From assembly GCA_965216875.1 (NCBI GenBank), contig OZ244207.1, forward strand, positions 7,648,001 to 7,712,000: a stretch of DNA of 64,000 nt, given 5' to 3'. The translations under genes and the position numbers were made by a program. Positions 9,986 to 19,252 of the stretch are shown here, piece by piece. Position 1 is the stretch's first letter, and the number at the start of each line of letters is the position of its first letter. The stretch is from Rubripirellula sp. (GTDB lineage: Bacteria > Planctomycetota > Planctomycetia > Pirellulales > Pirellulaceae). The notes beneath the pieces were generated by a model, which had not been told where the DNA came from, ran no database searches, and saw nothing but the letters and a program-made list of their open reading frames with translations.

Positions 9986-10036
9986 TGATTTCCAAGACGA
10001 AAATTGCCTCAGGAAACATGGATGCGGTGATTTACC

Positions 10037-10480
10037 TTATCGGCCAATCGATGGTGGGTTTTCCGCAAGGAAGTCGCGCGGCCCACGATGCGAGTAGTAG
10101 GGGTACGCGGTCTGAGCGGTCGGTGGTCCCGGTGTGAAAGGCTGGGCGTTGAAGTGCGACGCAGCTTTGTGGCCCAGCATGCCGGGGCCGAGGTGCGAGC
10201 TGTAGTTCAATCCGCCTTGTTGCCATCCCAGAGGTCCTGCGACGCAACCGGTGCGACAACCGCCGTTGCAGCCAATCCCACATGCGCTGCCGAGGCGACC
10301 GAGGATGCCAGAGCTTTCGCAACAGCCGCTGTTGCATCCGCCACAGGCTCCCGTTTCGCAACCGGTTTCACAAACGTCTGATGGGCAAGTGCTGCAACCA
10401 CCGCGAGTGTTGTGGTGCAAACAACCGGTCGAGGCGATCATGAGACCAGCAAGCGACCCAATCAATAACCAACGATTCAT
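10037..10480 (-). CDS. Cys/Gly-rich putative lipoprotein
   Basis: MNRWLLIGSLAGLMIASTGC lipobox, repeated CxxC/CxxGC units, C-terminal YPYYSHRGPRDFLAENPPSIG. Start set at ATG 10480. Confidence 0.8.
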   Translation of the reverse strand: MNRWLLIGSLAGLMIASTGCLHHNTRGGCSTCPSDVCETGCETGACGGCNSGCCESSGILGRLGSACGIGCNGGCRTGCVAGPLGWQQGGLNYSSHLGPGMLGHKAASHFNAQPFTPGPPTAQTAYPYYSHRGPRDFLAENPPSIGR

Positions 10481-10853
10481 CGCCGAATCCTTCCGAACGT
10501 CACGCCGCTTGCCGCAGCGATGGTAGTGTCTGCTTTTGTTTAATTGGAACAACCAACTTGAATCGGTCGAGTGTTCCGCGGTCAGCCGTATCCATCCTGG
10601 AACTTCGGCACCGTATGTCTCTTCGTCCTCCCCGCGGCTCGGGTGCACACAATCGGTGCGACCGTGCCAGACAGAATGGAATCGTGGCGAAAAGGTTTCT
10701 GTAACCCTCCTATTTTCAACCGTTGGTCAGTTTCACGGTTAGTTTCAGTCCTTGAGCTTCCTAACTTTGCGTCTCGGCTTGCTTTGGCAGGCCGCGGATT
10801 GGTATGCGGAAGACATCTCACTTTGCAGAATCACTTCCGACAAGGAATGAATC

Positions 10854-11228
10854 ATGTCGCGCCGCGCCGTTTGCGTTGTTTTTACCCTGTTCGCTGTCGC
10901 CTTGAGTGCCAATCAAGCCGATGCGCAAATCACTGCTCCACGCGTACTCTCAGGGTCACAACAACAGGTTGCGACACTTCAAGAACAGCTCAACAATCAG
11001 TTGCGAGCAACCACCGAACAACAACGTGCCTACGTTGCCTATTTGGTTCAGCAAGTTCGTAAGGGACGACTCGACTTGCGGCTCTTGATCGCCGTGAAAA
11101 AGAAGGCGGTCCTCAAGAATCGCTACTACCCCTTCCCGTTCTTCGAGCGAGCGATTCGCTTTGAAGCGGCCAAACGAAACGTCACCCTGCTCACCTCCAA
11201 GCAACTCGCCGCCCAACAGCAGATCTAA
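10854..11228 (+). CDS. Secreted hypothetical protein
   Basis: Signal peptide ending ADA-Q; aagga RBS-like sequence upstream. Confidence 0.75.
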   Translation: MSRRAVCVVFTLFAVALSANQADAQITAPRVLSGSQQQVATLQEQLNNQLRATTEQQRAYVAYLVQQVRKGRLDLRLLIAVKKKAVLKNRYYPFPFFERAIRFEAAKRNVTLLTSKQLAAQQQI

Positions 11229-11280
11229 AAACTTTTGCCTTTTGTGCGTGTATGCGCGTGCTACCGCAATCACGTCTTCC

Positions 11281-11360
11281 GTAGAGTGCGTGCTTGCACG
11301 CACCAAGTGCGCCGACAACGGTTTGGAGTTAGAGGTGGTGCATGCAAGCACACACCCTAC
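11281..11360. repeat. REP-like family L inverted pair between convergent genes
   Basis: gtagagtgcgtgcttgcacgcacc ... ggtgcatgcaagcacacaccctac; third arm at 57825-57848. Confidence 0.85.
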
Positions 11361-11361
11361 A

Positions 11362-12600
11362 TTAGTTGGCGAAGTCTTCTTCGATGGTTTCGGCCATCTC
11401 TCTTGTGCCCAGGGCACCCCAAAGACCGTACGGGCTCGGCGAGCTGCTGATCGATCCTCGATGCGAGTTGTTGGTCGCCGAGTCGTTGCGTACTGTGGGG
11501 TGACGCGAGTCGCCAGCATCAATGGAATCGGACAGGAAAATCACCGCTCCGTCACCCATGAGGACATGACAGCCACCGGGATGCCGACTGCTAGGTGGCA
11601 GGACACCATTGTCAAAATCACCATCACCACCGATGCAGACTTCACGGTTGGGCGGCAAGATTGTGGTGACGCTCGTGTAGATCGGGCTCGAGTCGGCCCA
11701 ACGATAACCGCGGCGCCAACCTTCACTGCCCAATCCAGGATTGGTGGAACCGGTTGCAATTGACGGATGCCAATGCCGGGGGCGGGCGGGGTCGATGGTG
11801 TTGGCGCGGTCCGCACATGCACTTGGGTTGGTATGAATCTCTTCCCAGCCGATTCCGAACAACGGGTCGACTGTGGTTTCTCGGTTGCCGATCCCAGTTG
11901 CGATTTCGGCCGCCGCGATCGTTGAGGCTTGTCCGTCTTTGATGTCTGCAAACTTCATTTGACGCCGATTGTAGAAGTAGCCGCGGTTGGCGGCGTCGGC
12001 ATCGTACAGATGGTCCTGGTCCCAGCGGTCGTTGAACCAACGCCAGTTGCCGTGATTGACCCAATGTGTTCCGTCACCCAAACAGGCGGCATAGTTGGTG
12101 CGACCGAGGGCGGGAGCGCCGTTGCCGGGGTCGCTTGGGCAACGGAAGGTCGGGATGTTCGTCGCCCAAGGATCGTATTCCGCAGCCCAAGGTCGAGGAC
12201 CCATTTGAGGCCAATCGATCGTGCCATCACCATCGTCATCCCACCACTGCGAAATCGTTTCCCAGAGTGCTTGTTGTTCGACATAGGGCGTGATGGCGAC
12301 AAGCCAACTGAGGCGAAAACGATTGTTGTCACCGCGGCCGTTGTCATAGCCGCCCCGACTCGGGTCCCAGTGGTTATAGGTACCGCCAGCCTGCATCGGC
12401 AGCGCTTTGTACCCGGTGTGGTAGTTGTGAAGGGCGATACCGATCTGTTTGAAATTGTTGCTGCAGCTCATCCGACGCGCCGCCTCGCGGGCTGCCGAAA
12501 CAGCGGGGAGCAACAGACCGATCAAGACGCCGATAATGGCAATGACGACCAACAATTCGACAAGCGTAAATCCGAGTCTGCGGTGTGAGCGTAAACGCAT
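11362..12600 (-). CDS. DUF1559 prepilin-type N-terminal cleavage/methylation domain protein
   Basis: [54 protein letters not shown] (H-X9-DG). Confidence 0.95.
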   Translation of the reverse strand: MRLRSHRRLGFTLVELLVVIAIIGVLIGLLLPAVSAAREAARRMSCSNNFKQIGIALHNYHTGYKALPMQAGGTYNHWDPSRGGYDNGRGDNNRFRLSWLVAITPYVEQQALWETISQWWDDDGDGTIDWPQMGPRPWAAEYDPWATNIPTFRCPSDPGNGAPALGRTNYAACLGDGTHWVNHGNWRWFNDRWDQDHLYDADAANRGYFYNRRQMKFADIKDGQASTIAAAEIATGIGNRETTVDPLFGIGWEEIHTNPSACADRANTIDPARPRHWHPSIATGSTNPGLGSEGWRRGYRWADSSPIYTSVTTILPPNREVCIGGDGDFDNGVLPPSSRHPGGCHVLMGDGAVIFLSDSIDAGDSRHPTVRNDSATNNSHRGSISSSPSPYGLWGALGTREMAETIEEDFAN

Positions 12601-12746
12601 CGGCCTTCCTCAAACGATTCCATCTATTCATAAAGTTGCGACATTATGGCCGATCCGAAGTCGGGTCACAAACATCCCAAACGGCGCATCAAATCAATAC
12701 GCCCTTGCCTTGCATGTGATGCAATCTGTTACAAACGGTGAGGACA

Positions 12747-12935
12747 CTAGTTCTGCGCTGAGTCGTTCAGTGACGATCCCATCGTTTGACGCTCGTATTC
12801 CTTTTCTTCTGCATCGGTCATGACGGGACGTTCATCGGGGGGCAAAACCCCCGTGTTGGAGCCACAACCTCCCAAGAAGAAGGTGGCTGAGACGAACAAC
12901 CAGGACCTAATGCGTTTTGGTGTTGAGACAGTCAT
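12747..12935 (-). CDS. Small lipoprotein upstream of the DUF1559 gene
   Basis: 62 aa: MTVSTPKRIRSWLFVSATFFLGGC (lipobox) followed by a polar/acidic tail. Confidence 0.65.
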   Translation of the reverse strand: MTVSTPKRIRSWLFVSATFFLGGCGSNTGVLPPDERPVMTDAEEKEYERQTMGSSLNDSAQN

Positions 12936-13263
12936 TGGCTCTGCCGTGAGTGCGTGAGGCGTGCTGAAAGCGGGGAGTTTTGCGGGGGAAGTGGCGATTC
13001 CTGTGCGCCGCCCGAAATCGGACGACAAATTCAAAATCGGAACCGAAGGGTTGGGTGCCAAGTCGAACAGTTTAGCGTTTCCCAAAAGGGGTGCGTGAAC
13101 CTGTGAATCGCCCGTTTCAGTGCCAAGAATGTGAAACCTTGCCACGGCAAGAAAAGTATTCACGGGTAACAACTGGGCCAAATCGCGATGGCTGTGGAAA
13201 GCAGCAGTAGCTATCGTGCTGGAACGAGATTTCTTCCTAACTGGGGATGTTTTAGTGACCAAG

Positions 13264-15210
13264 ATGTCAACTCGCTGTGCAGCAACCTTTTTGAGCATGA
13301 TCGCGTGTTGGGTGGGCACCCTGCCTGGCAACACATCGGCAGCGTCATTGGACCTGAAGCCAATATCACTTGAGTCGATCGGTTTGGTCGATTACCGCGG
13401 TCGCACTTGGGAGATGCAGGACTTTCAAGACGATTCCGTTTTGATCGTCGCGTTTCTGGGAACGGAATGTCCGTTGGCGAAATTGTATGCCGTTCGTCTG
13501 AACGAAATCGCCCAAGAATACAAAGAGCGCAAAGTGCGAGTCATTGCGGTGATGAGTAACCGTCAAGACTCGCTCGAAGAGATCGCTTCTTTTGCGTCAC
13601 GGCAAGGAATTGAGTTTCCAGTTCTCAAAGATGCGGGCAACAAGTTTGCCGATCAGCTTGACGCCGAACGTACACCCGAAATCTTTGTTTTCGATGCGCA
13701 AAGAAAGCTGCGTTACCGCGGTCGCGTTGATGATCAATACGGCATTGGTTATGTCCGCGATGAACCGCGACGCAAGGACTTGCGGATCGCACTTGACGAG
13801 TTGCTTCGCGGTGCCGACGTGTCGCTCAAACGCACCGCTGCTGTTGGGTGCATCATCGGACGGACCAAGAAAACGGTTGACGACGCGCATGTGACTTTCG
13901 GCGGTGAAGTCTCAAAGATCCTGACCAAGCGCTGCGTGGAATGTCATCGTGACGGCGAAATTGCGCCCTTCTCGTTGACCGACTACGACGAAGTCGCAGG
14001 TTGGTCCGACATGATTGCGGAAGTTGTCCGTGACGGACGCATGCCGCCTTGGCACGCAACGGACGAGCACGAGACGTTTTCGAATGATCGAAGTTTGACC
14101 GAACAGGAGAAAGAGATCCTTTATGCGTGGGCCGATGCCGGGGCGCCCGCGGGAGACCTTTCTGACTTGCCGCCACTCCCCGAAAAGGTCGAAGGTTGGA
14201 TGCTTCCGCGCGAACCGGATCAAGTCGTCAACGTTAGCCCCGAGCCCTTTGAAGTGCCTGCGGAAGGGGCGGTGAGCTATAAGTACTTCCGATCGGACTT
14301 CACTTTTGAAAAAGAAACCTGGTTGCACGCGGCGGAGCTCAAGCCGGGCAACCGTGAAGTGGTGCACCACATCCTGGCTTTTGCCGTCCCCAAAGGAAGC
14401 CGAAAGATTGATGGCGCGAGGGGATTCTTGGTTGGCTATGTCCCGGGTGCACGCGTTGAGGTTCCGCCAAAGGGGTATGCCAAACGCATCCCGGCCGGAA
14501 GCGAACTGATCTTCCAAATGCACTACACGCCTGTCGGAACGCCGCAGTTGGACCAATCGCAACTTGGCTTGGTTTTCATCGAGCCCGAAGAGGTGACCCA
14601 TGAAATTGTCACCACAAGTGCGTTGCAAACAAAGCTTAGAATCCCGCCGAACGAGGCGAACCATGAAACGTATGCAAGTAGCCCAGAGTTTCCTGCTCAA
14701 GCGACATTGCTGAGTATGAGTCCGCACATGCATGTGCGCGGAAAATCGTATCGATACGACCTAGAATTCCCAAGCGGCAAAAAGGAGACGATCCTTGACA
14801 TTCCCGCTTACGATTTCAATTGGCAGACGACCTACGCATTGGCCAAGCCGCGCAGCATTCCAGAGGGGAGTCGTTTCTTGTGCAAGGCTGTGTTCGATAA
14901 CAGCGAAGACAACCTCAACAACCCCGATCCTTCAAAGACCGTTCGTTGGGGCGATCAAACGTGGGAAGAGATGATGATCGGCTACTATCACTATGCAGTG
15001 CCGGTAGGCGAAGAGGATGGAGTGCCCTCGAGGCGTGAACGTGCAGCCAAGATCGTCAGTAAGCGTTTTGTGTTGGGGATCCTCGATCGGAACAAGACCG
15101 ATTCGCTGGTTCGTAAGAACATTCCCGCACGGTGGCACAAGGGATTTGACCAATGGGACCAAAACGGTGATGGCGTCCTGACGCGCAAGGAAGTTGAATT
15201 GGCCCCGTGA
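13264..15210 (+). CDS. Redoxin + cytochrome c + copper type II monooxygenase-like + EF-hand fusion protein
   Basis: FLGTECPLA...RTPE...YRGRVDDQY (redoxin), CVECH, MPPW, VVHH, QMHY, PHMH, EEMM, DQNGDGVLTRKE. Start set at ATG 13264. Confidence 0.85.
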   Translation: MSTRCAATFLSMIACWVGTLPGNTSAASLDLKPISLESIGLVDYRGRTWEMQDFQDDSVLIVAFLGTECPLAKLYAVRLNEIAQEYKERKVRVIAVMSNRQDSLEEIASFASRQGIEFPVLKDAGNKFADQLDAERTPEIFVFDAQRKLRYRGRVDDQYGIGYVRDEPRRKDLRIALDELLRGADVSLKRTAAVGCIIGRTKKTVDDAHVTFGGEVSKILTKRCVECHRDGEIAPFSLTDYDEVAGWSDMIAEVVRDGRMPPWHATDEHETFSNDRSLTEQEKEILYAWADAGAPAGDLSDLPPLPEKVEGWMLPREPDQVVNVSPEPFEVPAEGAVSYKYFRSDFTFEKETWLHAAELKPGNREVVHHILAFAVPKGSRKIDGARGFLVGYVPGARVEVPPKGYAKRIPAGSELIFQMHYTPVGTPQLDQSQLGLVFIEPEEVTHEIVTTSALQTKLRIPPNEANHETYASSPEFPAQATLLSMSPHMHVRGKSYRYDLEFPSGKKETILDIPAYDFNWQTTYALAKPRSIPEGSRFLCKAVFDNSEDNLNNPDPSKTVRWGDQTWEEMMIGYYHYAVPVGEEDGVPSRRERAAKIVSKRFVLGILDRNKTDSLVRKNIPARWHKGFDQWDQNGDGVLTRKEVELAP

Positions 15211-15240
15211 GGCCCGGCCGCTTACGCGATCGCGGCTCAC
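15210..15240 (-). repeat. REP-like family F copy
   Basis: aggcccggccgcttacgcgatcgcggctcac; partial inverted copy at 27654-27676. Confidence 0.75.
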
Positions 15241-15278
15241 AGGTGAGTCGCAAGGCGCTGTCTGTCTGCCGTCGGTGT

Positions 15279-15316
15279 TTTGATGAGCCGTTGAGAGTTT
15301 GATGAGCCGTTGAGAG
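15279..15316 (+). repeat. Perfect 19-bp tandem duplication
   Basis: tttgatgagccgttgagag x2, followed by gagtac/gagcac/gagtag hexamer units. Confidence 0.9.
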
Positions 15317-15575
15317 TACGAGCACGAGTAGGAGTAGGATTGACTTGGCAGCCGATTGCTTGAGTTTGAATGTGGTATGTGTTGTCGGTTGCGTACCACC
15401 GCACCACACTCTGGAGTGGCGATAAAGTCGCGTACCCCGATTGGTGAGCAAACACGCGACGTGCGAGTTTTTTGCAGTACGACAAACCATCGGATCGTCT
15501 ATGCTCTTACCCGGGCGCGAGTGACCGCCCCGACGGGCTAACTCAGCCTCGACGACTCCTCATAGACTCGATCCG

Positions 15576-16262
15576 ATGTCCGGCGATGTGCGTGATGACT
15601 GGACAGCCGAGCTGGACCAACCGATCAGCGAGGCGCGACAGAAAGAGCTGGCTGACCAGCTTGTGGAGCGATTGCGCTCGGGTGACGACCGAGCCCTCGG
15701 GCAACTCTTTGAGCTTTACGAAGATCGCCTCTACCGGTTGATCGACTTTCGTCTCGACCGCTCGCTCCATTCGCGTGTGGATCCTGATGACATCTTGCAA
15801 GATGCTTACATCGATGCCAGTAAGCGAATCGAGCATTTCCTCTCGCGCGAGGATGCAACGATTTCCGTATGGCTCCGCTTGATCGTGATGCAGCGATTGC
15901 AGCTTGCAGTTCGCCATCACTTGTTGACCGACAAGCGGGATGTTCGCAAAGAGGTTTCGATGGAACCTCCGAGCGACTGCAGCGCACACCAGGCTGGCCT
16001 GGCTCAGTTGCTTGCCGATTCGATCACTTCACCGAGTGCCGCGGTCGCGCGCAGCGAGGCTGTTGGGATGATCGAACAGATGCTGGATGCCATGTCGGAA
16101 ACAGATCGCGAGGTCTTGGTGCTCAGGCACTTTGAACTCGTTCCAAACGACGAAGTCGCCGAAATCTTGGGCATCAGCGTGAAGGCAGCAAGCAATCGCT
16201 ATGTCCGTGCGCTGACGCGGCTGAAGGACCTGATTCAACGCATGGAAGGTCAGGGCGGGTAA
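15576..16262 (+). CDS. ECF sigma-70 factor, planctomycete type
   Basis: RVDPDDILQD, VWLR, DREVLVLRHFE..EVAEILGIS..RYVRALTRL. Confidence 0.93.
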   Translation: MSGDVRDDWTAELDQPISEARQKELADQLVERLRSGDDRALGQLFELYEDRLYRLIDFRLDRSLHSRVDPDDILQDAYIDASKRIEHFLSREDATISVWLRLIVMQRLQLAVRHHLLTDKRDVRKEVSMEPPSDCSAHQAGLAQLLADSITSPSAAVARSEAVGMIEQMLDAMSETDREVLVLRHFELVPNDEVAEILGISVKAASNRYVRALTRLKDLIQRMEGQGG

Positions 16263-16283
16263 AGAAGTTAAGGGGTGTGTCGC

Positions 16284-19064
16284 ATGTCGGTGAGTGGTTC
16301 GTCTGCCGAAAATGCTTCGATCGAGCGTTTGGCCAACGAGGTCAGCGGTCAAGTTCGGCATGGGAAACGTCCCGACGCCAGTGACTTGAAAGATCGATAC
16401 CCCGAGTTGTCCGGTGACGTTGACGGGCTTGTCGACACCGTTTCCTTTCTCGAGGAAGCAAGCTTTCGGCGTCGTGGTCGCCGATCCCGCGGATTTGTCA
16501 TCGATGCTCGCGGTCGCCGTCAAAAAACGCTAGGCGGCTTTCGGTTGATCAGAGAGATCAGTCGCGGTGGAATGGGAATCGTCTACGAGGCTCAACAGCA
16601 GTCGCTCAATCGACGTGTTGCAGTCAAGGTGCTGCCGCCGAGTCCGTTGTTGACCGATGTTGAAAGAACCCGTTTCGAACGGGAGGGGACAGCGGTCGCT
16701 CGATTGCACCACTCGAACATCGTCCCGATTTTTGGGACGGGAGTCGAGCATGGTGTGCAGTACTGCGTGATGCAGTATATCGACGGCAGTAGTCTGAACA
16801 CGCTGGTGGCAACGGTGCGTCGCAAGCTCGGGCTTCCCTTGCAATCGGCGGGCGGTGAAGCGGCAGCAGCTGATCGCTATATCGATTCCGGATCGCGTGT
16901 TGTTGGCCACCTTCTTGGTACCAGCAAGCAACGGTTTTTTGATCGTTCGTTGGGTGCGCCATCTGAGCAAGCCAACGACAACGCCTTGGGCGAATCGATC
17001 CATCGAGAACAACTAAACGAAATTCCGGCCGACTATTGGCGAAACGTGGCACGTGTGATTCGAGACGTTGCTGACGCCTTGCGTCACGCGCATGGACAAG
17101 GTGTGTTGCACCGCGATATCAAACCAGGCAACCTCATTCTTGATTGTCAGGGGCACGTGTGGGTCGCCGATTTTGGGCTGGCCAAACTACATGACAACGA
17201 AAGTTTGACCGCAGGCGGCAACGTTGTCGGAACGTTGCGTTACTCATCGCCCGAACAGTTACACGGCGATGCCGATGAACGAAGCGATCTCTATTCGCTC
17301 GGTATCACCCTTTATGAGTTATGTACTCTCGAACGTGCGTTTCGCGCGACAGACCAACGCGAATTGGTCCACCAAATCGTCAACGAGACGCCCACGCCGC
17401 CACGGCAAATTCAGAGCCGTCTGCCGCGCGATTTGGAAACGATCATCCTGAAGGCGATTGCGGCCGAACCGGAGCAACGCTACCAGACGGCCACCGAGTT
17501 CGCCCAGGATCTGGACAACTTCCTGGAGGATCGATTGCTTGTTGCTCGCAGGCAACCCGTTTGGAAACGCATTGCGCGTTGGTGTCGGCGTCACCGAGTG
17601 GAAACGGCCTTGGCTGCGGTTGCCTGTGCGATGTTGTTTTTTTCTGCGATCGGAGCATCGGTCGCCTATTTTCGCGAATCGAGGTTGCGGCATGAAGCGA
17701 CCGAGACGACGTACCGAACACGCGAGGCGATCGACCGAGTTTATGAGTCGTACCTGCCGAACTGGACAACGTCATCGACCGTGTCGGTTCATGGTGCGAC
17801 CAACGTCTCGCCGGCATCGGCTCAGCTTCTTGAGGAGCTTGCCGAGTTCTACCAAGAACTGGCGGATCGGCCGGGGCAAGGTCCCGAAGCCATTTTGGAA
17901 AGCGCCGCAGCACGCCGACGAATCGGTTTGATTTATCACCGGTTGGGCGAGTTCGAAAAATCACGCCAGGCGTACGAGTACGCCAAAGAACGGCTGAATC
18001 AACAATACCGTCAGCACCCCAGTGACCAACTGCGGTTGGAATACGCTCGCGTTTGCAACGAGATCGGTTGCCTCTATTGGACGCAGCGGAAATTCCCGGA
18101 ATCACTGCGAAGCCACCAAATCGCGATCACGTTCTTGCGAGGGATTCCGGATCGTTCCGTCGATCGATCCAAAGTTCAATTTGAACTTGCCCGAACGCTT
18201 TTCTTTAGCGGACGACGAGCACGCGGTTTGGCTGGAGGCATTGTGAGCGATTTCGTTGTCGACGCGAACAATGTGGATTCGACGATTCGGGCCGGCCAAC
18301 GCGAGTCCGCCGTCCGTCATGCAATCAGCATTTTGGAGGCGTTGTCTGACGACGAGCCAACCAATATGGAGTTTCGATTGCTACTCGCTCTGTGTTACCG
18401 CGAAACGGCGGAACTGCAGGCCGACGAAGAAGGCTTTCCGGCCGACACCGCCATGCGCCAAGCTTTGGAAGCGCTCGAAGATCTCCATTATCTGGCCCCA
18501 GAACATCCGGGGTACCAATACGAGTTGTGCACCACATTGCGGTGGATCAACTTGGAGATGCACCCGGATCCCGTCGCGTGGCAACGGACCATCAAACGTT
18601 TGGAACGTTCGGTAGACTTGGCCGAGCAGCTCTGTGAACGCCGGCCGGATGAATGGATCTATTCGGCAGCTCGGGTGGAGAGTTTGCTCAAACTGGCGAC
18701 TGTCTACCAACGCAATCGGGCCTTCGAACAGGCGCTCGTGCCGGCCCAACAAGCGACGGAATTGGCAACGGAGATTGCCCGAGCGAACCCTCAAATCGAT
18801 GTGTTCCGGCATTGGATTGGGCATTCCTATCGGCGGCAGGGCGAGTTTCTTGTCAATCTCGAACGTCCTGAGGAAGCGATCGTTTTTCTCGATCGAGCGG
18901 TGACGGAATTCGAGGCGGTGCTGGACCAGCGTTCCATTCACAACCTCTCCGTTCCTGAACAATTGCACCGAATCCACGAGGCCCGAGTGCGAGCCTATGA
19001 AAAACTTGGTGAGCCCAAAAAAGCTCAACGAGCCTGGCGCGCGGCCCAGAAATACGTGGATTGA
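16284..19064 (+). CDS. Hanks-type Ser/Thr protein kinase with TM segment and TPR-like C-terminus
   Basis: RGGMGIVY, VAVKVL, HRDIKPGN, DFGLA, GTLRYSSPE, SDLYSLG; hydrophobic segment followed by helical repeats. Confidence 0.95.
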   Translation: MSVSGSSAENASIERLANEVSGQVRHGKRPDASDLKDRYPELSGDVDGLVDTVSFLEEASFRRRGRRSRGFVIDARGRRQKTLGGFRLIREISRGGMGIVYEAQQQSLNRRVAVKVLPPSPLLTDVERTRFEREGTAVARLHHSNIVPIFGTGVEHGVQYCVMQYIDGSSLNTLVATVRRKLGLPLQSAGGEAAAADRYIDSGSRVVGHLLGTSKQRFFDRSLGAPSEQANDNALGESIHREQLNEIPADYWRNVARVIRDVADALRHAHGQGVLHRDIKPGNLILDCQGHVWVADFGLAKLHDNESLTAGGNVVGTLRYSSPEQLHGDADERSDLYSLGITLYELCTLERAFRATDQRELVHQIVNETPTPPRQIQSRLPRDLETIILKAIAAEPEQRYQTATEFAQDLDNFLEDRLLVARRQPVWKRIARWCRRHRVETALAAVACAMLFFSAIGASVAYFRESRLRHEATETTYRTREAIDRVYESYLPNWTTSSTVSVHGATNVSPASAQLLEELAEFYQELADRPGQGPEAILESAAARRRIGLIYHRLGEFEKSRQAYEYAKERLNQQYRQHPSDQLRLEYARVCNEIGCLYWTQRKFPESLRSHQIAITFLRGIPDRSVDRSKVQFELARTLFFSGRRARGLAGGIVSDFVVDANNVDSTIRAGQRESAVRHAISILEALSDDEPTNMEFRLLLALCYRETAELQADEEGFPADTAMRQALEALEDLHYLAPEHPGYQYELCTTLRWINLEMHPDPVAWQRTIKRLERSVDLAEQLCERRPDEWIYSAARVESLLKLATVYQRNRAFEQALVPAQQATELATEIARANPQIDVFRHWIGHSYRRQGEFLVNLERPEEAIVFLDRAVTEFEAVLDQRSIHNLSVPEQLHRIHEARVRAYEKLGEPKKAQRAWRAAQKYVD

Positions 19065-19252
19065 TTTTTTTGTGCAACGCAATCAGAATCATCCTGCTCT
19101 GCCCACATGTAGGTGTGCGTGGAGTATCCCTCCGCCACCATCACTGCTTCTGAGATGTGCTGCCGTCACTTTCGACGTGTGATGCCAGCTGCAACCACAG
19201 CCCCTTCCCGGCAACGTCGACTTTCTCTGGTAAGCAAAACGTTTGGTATTCG

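Noticed and set aside
12936..13334. N-terminal 133 aa of the 195-aa ORF 12747-13334
   Set aside because: It overlaps the divergent gene and promoter region; only the lipoprotein part looks real.
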